From: Haliotis rubra | Taxonomy: Eukaryota | Direction of reading: 5' to 3' | Length of the DNA stretch: 64,000 nucleotides | NCBI RefSeq assembly: GCF_003918875.1 | Contig: NW_025766414.1 | Location: 434,001 to 498,000 of the forward strand | Shown: positions 51,731 through 64,000 of the stretch, one piece after another | How positions within the stretch are numbered: position 1 is the first letter of the stretch | Layout: every line of letters starts with the position of its first letter | Translations under genes and position numbers: made by a program | Notes under the pieces: model-generated | The model's database searches: none | Told to the model about the DNA's origin: nothing | The model's input: only the letters and a program-made list of their open reading frames with translations

Positions 51731-53397
51731 TTTTCTTCTTTGAGTGGCATTTTTAGAAGTTGGAAGTCAGATAGAACAAGTATATATGGATGACAACTTC
51801 TTTTATTGTAAAGCACGATGTTTCGATACAGGTTCTTGTATCGTTTTCAAATGAGAATGGTACAGTGAGAGAAGAGGTGATATATAAAAAGAAGACTAAT
51901 TAACAAGGCAAGGCGGAATAACAATGTGATGATAACAAATAAAGGGATAACAGATGATTACATAGATAAACATAGAGGCCAGTGGAAGCCAATGATACAC
52001 AGAGCTTAGAATTGTACACGATTAACAATATGATGATAGTGAATAAAGGGTAGCAGAGGACAACAGGGTTACACATAGAAGTCAGTAGAGGCCAGTAATG
52101 TTTATACAAGAGGCTAGGGTTGATTAATGAGCTCATCGTATGCATTGGGGATAAAGTAACCTTGATCTCTATTAATCAGTGGTCGGTATCGTTTGATGTT
52201 AATTCCTTCAGTTATCTTGCGTTTGGTAAAGTCTGATTGGTTTGTAGCGAGGATGGTGAAGTCAGTCCAGTTGATTTGGTGATTGGGATGAGTTGCTATG
52301 TGGTCTGATATGGCTGATTTCTGGTCCGATTTGATGGTTGAGGTCTGATATTCCTTGATTCTGGTGTTGACGGGCCTGGATGTTTCTCCTATGTATGAGT
52401 GTCCACAATTGCAGTCAATTTTGTAGATTACGCTTTGGGGTTGGGTTTCTTGGTTTGTGGGTATTTTCTGCCATTGGCCTGCATGAGGTTGTTGATGGTG
52501 GCGGAAGTTGAAAAGGTGGTATTTATGCCTGCTTGTTGCTTAAGGAGCCTGCTGATCTGGTGGGAAGGTTTGCCGATGTATGGGATGGAGATCTTTATAG
52601 GGGCAGATTCAGGTCGAGGAATTTGAGTAGTAGATGGTGATAATGTAGCTGCAATTGTCCTGTTCACTAACTGGGGTGGGTAGTGGTTAAGGCTGACAAA
52701 TACTCCTTTCAGGTGGTTGATTTCGTCATGGAGATTCGTAGAACAGATGATCTTAGCTCTTCTGGTAAGGGTGGAGATGATGCCTGACTTCACTCGTGGA
52801 GGGTGGTTGGACTGATAGTGGACATACTGGTTGGTGTGAGTAGGTATCCGGTATACAGATGTCTGAAGTTGGTTGGAATCGGTGCGGGATACAAGGACGT
52901 CTATATATGGAATGGGATCTGGTTGTTGGTTACAGTCTCCGTGCTGAATTTAACTCTTGGATGTTCAGGTGGAAGGTGATGTGAGGAGGGCTTTCTCTTC
53001 TAGGTCTGACATATATATCTCAGTGAGGATTGATGATAGTGGTGAGCCCATAGGTAGTCCATGTATTTGTTCATATATATCGTCACCCCATGTGAAGTAA
53101 GTGGAGTCGATGCAGGCTGAGGTGAGGTTGATGATCATCACATTGTTAATCGTGTATACATTCTATGCTCTGTGTATCATTGGCTTCCACGGGCCTCTAT
53201 GTTTATCCCTGTAATCCTCTGTTATCCCTTTATTTGTTATCATAACATTGTTATTCCGCCTTGCCTTGTTAATTAGTCTTCTTGTATATATCACCTGTTC
53301 TCTCCCTGTACCATTCTCACTTGAAAACGATACAAGAACCTGTATCGAAACATCGTGCTTTACAATAAAAGAAGTTGTCATCCATATATACTTGTTC
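51731..53397 (-). mobile_element. Penelope/Poseidon-type retroelement, 5'-truncated, with inverted pLTR
   Basis: 13-bp TSD TAACTGGAATATT (51718-51730, 53398-53410); ~240-bp inverted repeat 51772-52012/53160-53399; RT GLPMGSPLS and YRIPTHTNQY; GIY-YIG VIYKIDCNCGHSYIGETSR; INRDQG. Confidence 0.95.
53318..53357 (+). ncRNA. Variant minimal hammerhead motif (U3-A8) in the inverted pLTR; second copy 51814-51853 on the minus strand
   Basis: CAC-UUGAAAA-C-GAUACA(AGAACC)UGUAUC-GAAAC-AUC-GUG; same position in the pLTR as the canonical motif at 36539. Confidence 0.55.
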
Positions 53398-53744
53398 TAA
53401 CTGGAATATTAATTTGTTAAAACCGCGTTAAATCTGACTCACCTGCCCACCCACCTGAGGGCTGTCCATCCAAACAGCTGAATCCCACATGCATACGCGT
53501 ATACTAGTTGTAAAATGATTTAAAGCTAAATGACTACCACGTTTTGCACATGCTCGTTATTACCAAATAAATAAATAAACGAACACTTCATATCAGGCTA
53601 TTATTTACTGTGGGACCACTAGGAATAGTGGAGGTAGATTTGGTAGAGAAATTGTCAAAAGAGCAGCCTGGGGCGAGTTGTAACCTTTCGACGTTTCTTC
53701 ATATTATAAGCGTAAGTTTTGGTTTTCCGTGTATTAATGTTGAT

Positions 53745-53935
53745 GCTTTTGTTGCAGTTTAACGTCGCCATCAGTGATCTGATAGCGGCCTGTGCGTGTC
53801 CTGACCAGACAAAACAGTGACTACTGTGTCCACGGTTATGAGGTACAATGAGAAACAATCAACCAAGTCACCGTGTTCAATGATTTGTTCCTTTAAGTCG
53901 CCTTTCATGATAAGAAGATGCTGCATTCTAACCTG
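53745..53935 (-). mobile_element. Degenerate tRNA-less SINE-like copy
   Basis: TTTAACGTCGC..GACCAGACAA..TCAACCAAGTCA..AGTCGCCTTT..ATTCTAACC. Confidence 0.6.
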
Positions 53936-54245
53936 AAATTGACAGTATATTCATGGCATATAGCGGAGCTGAGAGGTACATGTAATAGATACGCAGAATA
54001 GTAAGATCATAGTATAAGAATCTAAGACATTATTACAACAGGACAATGGATCACAGTGTTCAATGAATGTGTCGAATGAAGGCTGTAACTTGTAAAGAAG
54101 CCCATCCGTTACAACAAATTGCATTAACTGGGCGATCTGATTCCAACCTTGTCGAGCAACAGTAATTGGTCACACAGTAATTACGCCTACGCGACAAGTG
54201 GAACCTACTGATGGGATACTCACTGACTACAGATCACAAGCTTTA

Positions 54246-54450
54246 CTAATAATGCTCACATTTTGCGGCAAGGGAAGCTAACCCCTTCAGATAAAATGTA
54301 ACCCTTTGCTTTAAATCACTGAGCATATTGATAGGATACCGTGGGACTTTGTCCTCTGTCAGCATAAGGAGAAATAGATGACTACTAATATCCATCTCAT
54401 TCCAGGTTTCCTGCAAACCCGCTAGTGTTACATCAACCATGGGCACATTG
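54246..54450 (-). pseudogene. Decayed LINE APE endonuclease fragment
   Basis: LAGLQETW...VPRY...VTFYLK resembles the APE ETW / IPGY / GGVALY motifs. Confidence 0.35.
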
Positions 54451-54892
54451 CTGCACTTACATCTTCGGTGATCAAGGGTTTGGTACGGCTTTCTCATTAC
54501 CCATTATAGAGGATAGTCATAATAGAGATGTAGTAGGCAATTGGGTGCGAGATGAATTATTTTCATGAGCATTCTTTAACCACTTTTGTGGTGCTGGGTA
54601 ATTGTGGTTTATGTGCCCTCGTAACATATCCACTTATAATCATTTGAGGTTACACGTACGGACGGAGAGAATGAATATTTGAGGAAAAGGTGCATTTATA
54701 TATTTGCATCGTTTTGTCATTAAACGACTTTGCTTGTATAAACAGCCACGAATTCAAGCAAACGATGTGATAATAGTGTGGAAACATTGATCCGATAGTT
54801 CTTCAGTCAGTTGAAACAAAAATGAGACAGACCTGTTAACATGATCGTTACGTATAAACAGTTTTGATTTTTGTGACAAATGAACACCTTAT

Positions 54893-55132
54893 GAGTGAGT
54901 GAGTGATTTTAGTTTTACGCCGCGGTCAACAATATTCCAGTTATATGGCGGCGGTCTGTAAATAATCGAGTCTGGACCAGACAATCCAGTGATCAACAGC
55001 ATGAGCATCGAGCTGCGCAACTGGGAACCGATGACATGTGCCAACCAAGCCAGCGAGCCTGACCACCCGATCCCGTTAGTCGCCTCTTACGACAAGTATG
55101 GGCTACTGAAGGTTAATTCTAACCCGGACCTT
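54893..55132 (-). mobile_element. Near full-length tRNA-less SINE-like element
   Basis: (GAGT)n tail through ...GTTAGTCGCCTCTTACGACAAG..AATTCTAACCCGGACCTTC. Confidence 0.9.
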
Positions 55133-57308
55133 CCTTATTTGTCGGATAATTGTTATTAAACAAGAACTTTATACTATATCTCTCAGCTGGTAAATAACAT
55201 ATTGAACACTCATCTATTTTAATATTACATTTTAGCTACTGGCTTCTTGAAATATAAGCACATGTATCTCCTGATGATAATTGAACAAGTAAGTAATACC
55301 ATTCATTTCGGCTGCTTCGTATCAGGACCGAATTAGAAAAATGAGCAGTTATCTAGCCAATAATCTATCTGACAGACATTTTATACATAGCACAGGTCGG
55401 TGATATTAACAATGATTATCCCCTGTCCATGTACCAGGTACTAGGTACTATCACTCATCTGTAATGAGATCTATAACTAAGTGAAGCATCTGTTTATTGC
55501 CTTAATAGAACAAGTACATGTAATCGTATGAATAAATGGGCTTAAATATTACCCTAAGGTCTAACTCCCAGTGATGGAAACGGTAACTCTAATCAGACGG
55601 TGTCGTCTTGTAGCCTACCATCGATTAGGATATTGGAGAGCGAGGCATACGCTTGAGGCAAATGTCTGCATGAAGTAAGATACAGGCGTCTGCAGATAGT
55701 TACATTAGAAAGAGGAAAGGGTACAAGAAGTAATAGATTCCTTATAGCTAAAACAAACAGAGTGTAACCACGACGTATATGTTATACTGAAATGCAAATC
55801 TCATGAGTTGGGAACATGAAATCAATACATTTTACAAAATCATTATACCTGAGGTCTTTGACCAACATCATCCATTATTTCATTAAATGTCACAGATACC
55901 AAATATACTGTTTCAAGGTCCAAAATATTATTTCCAAGTGTTTGATAGGAGCCACAGGCCGGGCAAGGTGAACTCGCATTTTCGCGAAACCTGGTATCAC
56001 CGCCCTAAGATAATAGTTCATTATTAACTGCTTATGATGTAGTGGCAATTATAAAATGGACCCTGCTGTTTAGAGATATTTTACGAGTGTTTTTTTCTCG
56101 AGAGTTTTTTTTATTATGGGAAGGGTTTGTAGCTTTTTTACGTAACGGCTAACGGAGTAGAAACCTCGCTTCATTTGACAATTAATCAAACAGGCAATGG
56201 CATATCTGCTATTCTGGGAAAGAAAAGACAATTTGTTTCCATCACAAATCCCAAATGACTAGGTTTTTAACGTAACGTTTCCAAAACATGAATACTGCGC
56301 ATCTCTGACGCACAACGTTCTGAACCGCCTTGTCGGTATTATGTGTTGTATATGCTGACTTATTCATATTGGTTGTCTCTGCTGCATATACGTTTATCCC
56401 CTAATTACACAGTTCTAACCAATGGCAAAAGACATCCCGACGCCAGGACTGGCAGCAAAGCTTATCTCAAATGGAAATTTTCTCTTGACGTTTAGGATAA
56501 TACCCATTGTTAAGACAGAATATTCTGGGCAGAACAACTCCTATCTCACATGTAATTCACTTTGGAAAGGTCGTAACAAGTGTCTTAATACATAATATCC
56601 TGGTAATTACGTAAATAAATATTGTTCAACGACCTTCAAATTGTACTTACGTAATTATGTTTAACGGATGGTTTACGTCTGAACATTCAGAAATTTAATT
56701 ATAATGCCGTTGTCACAAAGCCATGGAAACAGACTTTATTCTGTATACTTCAGTCTCTATTATGAAAGGAGAATTTATCTCCATCTCTTTATATTTTATC
56801 TGCACATGCACAAGTAAATGTTTATAGAAATTCCATATCCATTGGATAACTCACCTAAAAGTAAACTCTATTTTTTGTAAGATTACATAAAGAGCTTGTG
56901 TCTATGGAACATACAAAATATGTTGTCAGATGTTCGCAAAAAGGAAGGCCTATCCTGAACTGGCGATGGCAACCGTCACTCAATCTTCAATTATCTCTTC
57001 AATTTCCTCTGATTACAAACATAGGCATAACTAATTTAAAAGAGAAATATTGCATTACACAATGAAAACTAAATCTAAATAGAGAAATAAATCCTTAACG
57101 TTCGTTAAAGTAATGTATTACTACGGGGAGACATCCTTGATATTCATGATGGTTCTTCCTTTAAAATTTTAGTCAGTGGCAGTTTGATTGCATGTCAGAT
57201 TGCCGACTGGCTCTGCACTTATTCGCAATGGCCTTGTAAAAAGTCTGGACAAGACAAAGTAGACTGGTATTGTGAAAGATAATGAACTATGACAGGCACT
57301 CAAGACGC

Positions 57309-57602
57309 AGTTTGTTTGTTGTTAAACGCTGTACCAGTCAACATTCCAGCTACATGGCGGTGGTCTGTACATAATCGTGTCTGGACCAGACAATAAAGTA
57401 ATCAACAGCATGTTCTTCGCCCTAGGGGGACACCTAGGTGGGATACGATGACATGTGTCAACCAAGTCAGCAAGCCTGACCATCCGATACCTTCATTTGC
57501 CTTTACGACAAGCATGGGTTGCTGATGACCAATTCTAAACTGCACGGGTACATCTTGCTGTGAACTATTGGGCGATAATTTCGAACCCGGATCTTCAAGG
57601 GT
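57309..57602 (-). mobile_element. Diverged tRNA-less SINE-like element
   Basis: (TTTG)n tail, GGACCAGACAAT, GATGACATGTGTCAACCAAGTCAGC, ACCCGGATCTTCAAGGG. Confidence 0.8.
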
Positions 57603-58579
57603 ACAACCAAGGCACAGAATGTGACCCTTGCGCCATGCACGAGTCACTGGGGACACATTATAATTTCAGCTGAAGGGGCACTGTTGTTATTCAGGCTATT
57701 TAAACAAACTAGACCAACCTATTAAACTGTATATATCGAAACCTATAATATACATTCATGTGTATGTATACGAATTTAAGCTACATGCTTGTTGTTGGAA
57801 ATACAAAACTGTTATTCGTTAAACGAGGTGTAAACAATCTTGTGACTAATTACATTTTAGCACCCTCGATAAATATATCGTCCTGAAATACTATACTTTT
57901 CCCGACAACGATTCTTCCTCGTTGTGAAATACGCAATGCTCACACGTAATCCTCAGTGGAAGCTGACGTTCAGACTTTGCAGACATGCAATCTCACATCT
58001 TTCCCTCCCCAAATAGAAACGCTTCCTCCTTCATCCTGCCTGAACCCAATCATTTAGTGCCAATCCCCTGTTTTTAAATGCGTGACTGTTTCGTGTTCGA
58101 TGGGTCGGAAGAAAGTTGGTAGATTTCCCGTACCTCTTTCTAATCAACGACATGCAACTGCACTTGAGTATACTATACTATAATGTAGCATCTGAAACTT
58201 TCGTCACTTCAGGCTGTCCTATTAATCAAGCTGACTCGCAGCTACAGAAATGAAATAATGTAAATCGACTACACGCACGATGTAAGTGATCGTTCAAAGA
58301 TGGTATTGAACCTCAGAGTTATATAAATGTGAATACTGACATCAAAGGATTAAATATCCTAACTCATTCAAGTCACCAGACAGCACAACATGCTGTATTT
58401 ACAAGTAAGTTCAGTTACATGTTTCTGACCACACGTCATTTTGCTAGCTCATTACTGCTTTAAGTACTCAATAATACGAATGGCCATTCGTAAAGAAATT
58501 ATAAGCTGATTGGGAGGGGGACCGTGAGACCCGGGGAAACTAATATACCCTCGATCGTGGGTTCACAATGTGTTGAGAT

Positions 58580-58778
58580 CCACGAACGTCCGGGTTTGAA
58601 TTGATCTTCTGGAACCCGTGCTTGTCGTAGTGGCGACTAACAGGATCAGGTAGCCAGAATTGCTGAATTGGTTGAGCATGTGTTTGTATCCCAGTTGATC
58701 AATGGATTATTCACAGACGACCGTCATATAGGTGGAAACTTGGTGAGTATGGGTATGGCATTAAACATCAATCAAATC
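58580..58778 (+). mobile_element. Diverged tRNA-less SINE-like element
   Basis: GTCCGGGTTTGAATTGATCTTC..CCCGTGCTTGTCGTAGTGGCGACTAAC. Confidence 0.75.
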
Positions 58779-59179
58779 AGTGTGTTGAACGTCTGCATCA
58801 CTTCAGTCTTTCCTCCTATTAAGCGGAAACGCTGTAATATACAGGATAAATTATTCAAATCGGTGTGACACACTCTTACACAAAGGACTTTTCCTGGCGT
58901 TCCTCTCCGACGCATCTGTTAACTTAACGTTGTTAACGTTGCCTTCATGTGCCAAAAGTATTACAAGTCTGCCTCTCTAACTTATATCTACGACTGAACA
59001 CTGAAACGTTCCGAGTCAACCTAGGCAAAATGTATGGTATGCCCTTAAACGTTTTCATGTACCACGTTTATCATAATACATAAGAGAATAATTTGAACCA
59101 CATACACAGATGGATAACATATATCTGCGGGCTGTACTGTGATCAGGTTGACTACCTCTGGAAGTCATCTATGTGGACA

Positions 59180-60300
59180 TGGTTTAAACTTCAAGCGAAG
59201 ATGTTCCTTCTCAACAGGTGGTCAGCTTACTTCAAGAGGGGAAGATGACCCACGGTCAGGAATACCTACAACTGCCACAACGAGAACGATTTTGATGAAA
59301 TGCATAATTATTAGCGATGGACGACACACACAGCTAAAATTGCAGTTTAGAACACCCCGAAAAACGATCACTAATTGTACAGGATGCTGGGTCCAAGGCT
59401 TTTTACTGGAAACGTTCCAGGTTCATAATGTCATTTCAACTCCTGGAAATATGAAGACCAATCGTTGTGGGAAACACACCAATGTACTACCAGGACAATG
59501 CACCTATGCACAAACCTGTTGCTGCCATGACGGCAGAATAAAACTGAATCCGCTGAATATATTCCGTATTCACCAGAATGTTCACCGCCAGGCGTGAAGG
59601 AAATAGATATACTCTTAACAAAAAGTAGGGGAACTTCATTATTAATTTACGATTGAAAACATCGGGAGATATTTTGATGAAATACATACTTATGAACGAT
59701 GGACGACACACAGAGCTAAAATTGCAGTTTAGAACACCCCGAAAAACGATCATGAATTGTACAGGATGCTGGGTCCAAAGCTTTTTACTGGAAACGTTCC
59801 AGGTTCATAATGTCATTTCAACTCCTGGAAATATGAAGACCAATCGTTGTGGGAAACACACCAATGTACTACCAGGACAATGCACCTATGCACAAACCTG
59901 TTGCTGCCATGACGGCAGAATAAAACTGAATCCGCTGAATATATTCCGTATTCACCAGAATGTTCACCGCCAGGCGTGAAGGAAATAGATATACTCTTAA
60001 CAAAAAGTAGGGGAACTTCATTATTAATTTACGATTGAAAACATCGGGAGATATTTTGATGAAATACATACTTGTGAACGATGGACGACACACAGAGCTA
60101 ACATTGCAGTTAAGAACAATCCATGAACGATCATGAACTGAAACTCACCAATGGCCTACCAGGACAATGCACCTGTGCACAAACCTGTTGCTGCCATGAC
60201 TGCAATACATCACTGTGATATTGAACCCACTGAATATATTCCGTATTCACCAGAATGTTCACCGTCAGGCGTGAAGGAAATAGTAGGGGAACTTCATTAA
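59180..60300 (+). repeat. 382-bp tandem repeat (about 2.6 units) built from a mariner transposase remnant plus a Tc1-type TIR
   Basis: Units start at 59289, 59671, 60053; EDDPRSGIPTTATT (mariner HTH linker), QDNAPVH..EYIPYSP (cf. YSPDLAP); TA+TACTCTTAACAAAAAGTAGGGGAAC at 59610 and 59992. Confidence 0.88.
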
Positions 60301-60766
60301 TTTTTTAATTTTCAATTTTTCAATTTTAATAGTCAATCAATGTTGATATAAAAATAATGAATGTTTGAGAGTGCATCACCATTTGCACTTCCTTATGACC
60401 ATAGTTGTTTGCAGAGTATTCATTCTTAAACGATGATTGGTGTGTGACGTGAAAATTGCATGTGTACGATTTTCATTTTCAAACAAATAAAACGACTAGA
60501 AACAAACACTAACAACTGTGTGATGCAAGATGATTGTCATAATTAATGGTCCACTTTGATTTATCGACCTTTTTGAAAACCGTCAAAATCAAGAATGACA
60601 CCCCATGCACGTGTGTGGGGCTACTGCGTTGTACCATGCGTTGTGTTTAGGGGTGGTGATAAAGAAAAATGGTAGTGCGTTCATAAGATGTCTGTCTTTG
60701 AAAAGTTTGTTAACTCTTATACTTATCCAAATTGAAAGCTAAGGTTCCCCTGCTTTTTGCAGAGTA
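60280..60766. mobile_element. Non-autonomous Tc1-type element
   Basis: Right TIR GTTCCCCTGCTTTTTGCAGAGTA+TA matches the left TIR AAAAAGTAGGGGAAC (damaged at 60280, intact in the two upstream repeat units). Confidence 0.7.
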
Positions 60767-61132
60767 TATATATATTGTCTTGCAAACATCATCTATGCTA
60801 AAGAGGACGTTTACACTACCAGGATGAAGCCTTCTACTCCTGTATTGTTGGCAGTGGTGGAAGAATATGCTGAAATATATTAACAGTTTCTTTTCCCGTG
60901 TTTGATATAAGTGTAGTTTACTGTAATGCCAACGTCAGAGAATAATCAAATCTCGATTCTCGATTATCCGTAACGGATTCTATTGTTATGAAAGACCGAG
61001 TAGTGTATTTATTTGTTGCCGTATGCCACACAGAGCGATAAACCAAAGTTTGGCCCAAAGAATCAGTTTACATCGAGTCTAAAGAATGTTTACAATGATT
61101 GCTGAGTTTAGGTTCTAATTTGTTGTTCCCGT

Positions 61133-61300
61133 TCGGTAAGCGTAGAATAGTGGTTAAAGTGTCTGCTCGTCACGCAGAAAATCTGGTTCCGGGTCCAATT
61201 TCGTACATGGGTACAATGTGTAAAGCCCATTCCTGGTGTCTCTTGCCTTGCTATTACTTAAATATTTGCTAAAAGCGACGTAAAACTCAACAGTTTCACT
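61133..61300 (+). mobile_element. Degenerate full-length tRNA-derived SINE
   Basis: TAG..TAGTGGTTAAAG head, CATGGGTACAATGTGT.AAGCCCATT.CTGGTGTC body, TTGCTAAAAGCGACGTAAAAC tail. Confidence 0.75.
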
Positions 61301-62249
61301 CTGTGCCTTTCAGTTTTCTTGGATGGATTTACGACTGTGGCTACATCTCAGAATTTCTTATTAGCCACTGATTTCTTTATTCTGGTTTACTTTAAATCAG
61401 TTAACAAATGAGCTTTTTGTGGTTTGGGTTTTAAATTGATTTCGATCCATATCATTAGGCTCTCTCATCTAAATCAGTCCATGTGATCTCAAAGAAACAA
61501 TGACAGTGAAATCCGGTGAAAACACTGCGAGCTGTAAACCCTGTCAAGACGCCAGGCTTACGTCTGTCAAGTGGTTTTCAGTGTGCCATTTCCTCGTTCG
61601 AAATGGATAAATTCTCTTTTAAGCGTGAATTATCTCTCTGCAAGGAAGCAGTTTCGTTTTCCGAGAGGCGCCTTGAGGCGATCGAGAGTAGACGCACATG
61701 CTGATGAAAGACAGGTTGACTTTCAGAACAGTTTTTAACTAATCGTTCGGGCAAAAAGTATTTTATATCATTAGGAGTTTATGATGAAAACATAGAAATG
61801 GACAACAAGATACACCCCAGACTTCGGAATTTCAGAATATAGTTGTAGTAAGCATATCCAATGAAAGAAACACGCGTGACATCTTAGACCGTGGAAAATG
61901 CCTTTGCATCGTACAGCAGAGGTCCAGATTAACTTGCTTTCCATTTTATAAAAGCCAGTAACCATCAATTTTGTATAACAAGCCTCAGGGTGAAGACAAA
62001 CACCTGTTTATCGTCAGTAATTGCGCCGTCGCTTGCCCGAGGGCATGTAATCGTATCAATACATGGACACTAATGCCAGCCTATGGTCAAGGTCTCGGTG
62101 ATTGAGATAATGTAACTAACTGTATGAAACGGTGCCTCTTGTAACCTATCGTTGATCAGGAAATAGGAGAGAGAGCATGTAGATTTTGACTTTAGGGCAA
62201 ATGGTTGGGACGACAAATAATATCAGCGTCTGGTGGGGGTGGGGGTGGG

Positions 62250-62740
62250 GTGGTGGGTAATTTGGTACATGGTTCTGGATGCTTGAATACTATAGCAAAC
62301 AAACATCTAGGAAGGACACCAACGGAGCCTAGCCAATATACACTGCATTGAAGGATTCTCAGGGATATGCTTATGAAAACCAATTAATATTCCAAATGTT
62401 TAGAAGTACATATTTACCAATTCTATTTTACAAATATTCTACCAAACATCTGGTGACTAGTAGGGGCATGACACATCGACACCAAAAATGGAGAAACACA
62501 AAGAAGCAATAGGCATCAAAGAAACAAGTCATCCCGTAATAGAGGCCACTTTGGATGCCTTATTGTTGTATCGTTACCCCCAACTAGCTCTTTGTTACCA
62601 CACCCGGTCACTCCTCCGTGTGAGTGTCCTCTCTCCCGTTACTCCCATTTGCGTCCTCGGCATATTGCTATCTTTGAACATTAATAATACCTGTTTATCT
62701 GTTACCCTCAACCCAGACGAAGGACCAGATACCATGGCAT
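62250..62740 (+). mobile_element. Highly decayed Penelope-like fragment
   Basis: IHCIEGFS and KHKEAIGIKE..LDALL peptides resemble PLE IPY.EG.S and RK.KEAI.I..WD.L. Confidence 0.35.
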
Positions 62741-62761
62741 ATTCCCACATACTGACACCGT

Positions 62762-63283
62762 GATAATAATAATAAATAAATAATAGAACACTTGTAATGA
62801 GCACACAATGACTGATTGCATGTTCTCAGCGCACAGTGAGAAAAGACTTGAGAGAAGAGATAGGTCTTAAGTTGTGACCTAAAAAGAGTCAAGTCTGAAG
62901 AGTCTCTCAGGTATTGTGGCAGGCTGTTCTATAGGATTGAAAAGTCCTTTGCCCTGTTGTGGTGTTCTTGCTTTTAGGACAGTTAACAGGTTATTATTTT
63001 CCGAGCGAAGGCGTCTGCCTGGAGTATAGATTTCTACTAGTTCCTGTAAAAAAGTTGCTGCACTGTGATAAAGACATTTGAAAACGAGGCAGAAGATTTT
63101 GAAAGAAATTCTGTGGTCATTTGGGAGCCAGTGGAGCTGTTTTAGAAGAGGAGTGATGTGGTCAGTTCTGCGTGTTAGAGTCACAATTCTCACAGCAGTG
63201 TTCTGGTCACGTTGAAGTTGGTAAACCTGAGCTTTAGTTGCGCTTGAGAGGAGACTGTTGGAAAAGCCGAGTCTGCACATCAC
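62762..63283 (-). mobile_element. L2/CR1-type LINE 3' fragment
   Basis: LQRDQNTAVRIV..RRTDHITPLLKQLHWLP..RISFKI..YTPGRRLRS, FRSQLKTYLF, 3' (TTA)n/(TTTA)n tail. Confidence 0.9.
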
Positions 63284-64000
63284 TAGTGAAAGGAATAAAA
63301 TAACAGCAGGTCGTCATATACATTCAGTCGTCACTAGGGCAAGAAGTAGCCCTGATAGATTGCTATGAGATAGAAGATAACCAGCTTACCACCCCACCCC
63401 CCACCCCTTTGCTTACACATGGCGTCATTATTCCTGTTATTGTCACCACCACTATGGACAGACTATACGAATAAATTCCGTTCTGTTCTGTTCTGCTCTG
63501 AAAATAATTATTATCTTGAGTTATATGTGTTCACACAATAAATAACGTGTTATTAAAACATGTACATTTACACAAAGTGTGATATTTGAAAAACGATTTG
63601 TTTCCTGAAAATTGTTAAACACATATATTGCATATACAATTGTGTGTTTTGTAATTTGAAGCATCATTAAGTATGGCTATGAATTTCCCTGTGCCGGGGG
63701 TGAAACTGTCCTTTTATCTACCAAACGCATTCATAATTATGAATGTCAGTTAAAGTTACGTCTTTTTGAATTTTTGTTATTTAAACCAGTACAATTGTTT
63801 CTTGATTTTTAAAATGTTTGAATTGTTTTACATTAGTTACATGTCATCATCAACTGAGATTATTTACGGCGGTTCCACTCAGGGGGTTGAAGTACTGAAA
63901 AAGTATTGCCTTCCCTTACAGTGGCACGTGAGTCCACCCAAATCAAATTATATAAGATCAACTAGTGTTTCAATTACCAGATAACATCTTGGCATTTACT

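Noticed and set aside
59139-59979. Duplicated 152/108-aa ORFs as a novel tandem gene pair
   Set aside because: They are off-frame read-throughs of a mariner remnant inside a 382-bp tandem repeat.
59289-60300. CRISPR-like array
   Set aside because: Whole units are repeated with no unique spacers, and the context is eukaryotic.
62232-62258. G-quadruplex motifs (also 12295-12320 and 34497-34562)
   Set aside because: Simple G-rich repeats with no contextual evidence of function.

Overview
AT-rich, repeat-dense eukaryotic genomic DNA with two N gaps (30995-31129, 44647-44780). The repeat inventory suggests a marine invertebrate, probably a gastropod mollusc, but this is inference. I find no intact host protein-coding gene; most short ORFs in the track are spurious or transposon fragments. 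The window is a nested transposon graveyard. It holds two RNase H-bearing I/Nimb-type LINEs, one delimited at both ends by a 14-bp TSD and with an HDV-like ribozyme candidate at its 5' end. It also holds an L1/Tx1 LINE with a twin-priming 5' inversion, several Penelope-like elements (PLEs) with minimal hammerhead motifs, three well-defined Tc1 elements plus further Tc1/mariner remnants and MITEs, and a Kolobok-like THAP element. Two SINE-like families share the LINE 3' tail. An old diverged duplication (about 34.8-39.8 kb vs 42.4-49.1 kb) supplies empty-site controls for the insertions. Best novelty candidates: (1) a ~230-bp element at 40.3 kb combining a tRNA-like Pol III B-box with Penelope-style insertion architecture and terminal motif, a possible Penelope-mobilised SINE; (2) a tRNA-less SINE-like family sharing both termini with the I/Nimb LINE and carrying a pseudoknot-like 5' head; (3) ribozyme candidates, including a U3-A8 hammerhead variant. 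All alignments and folds were done by eye.
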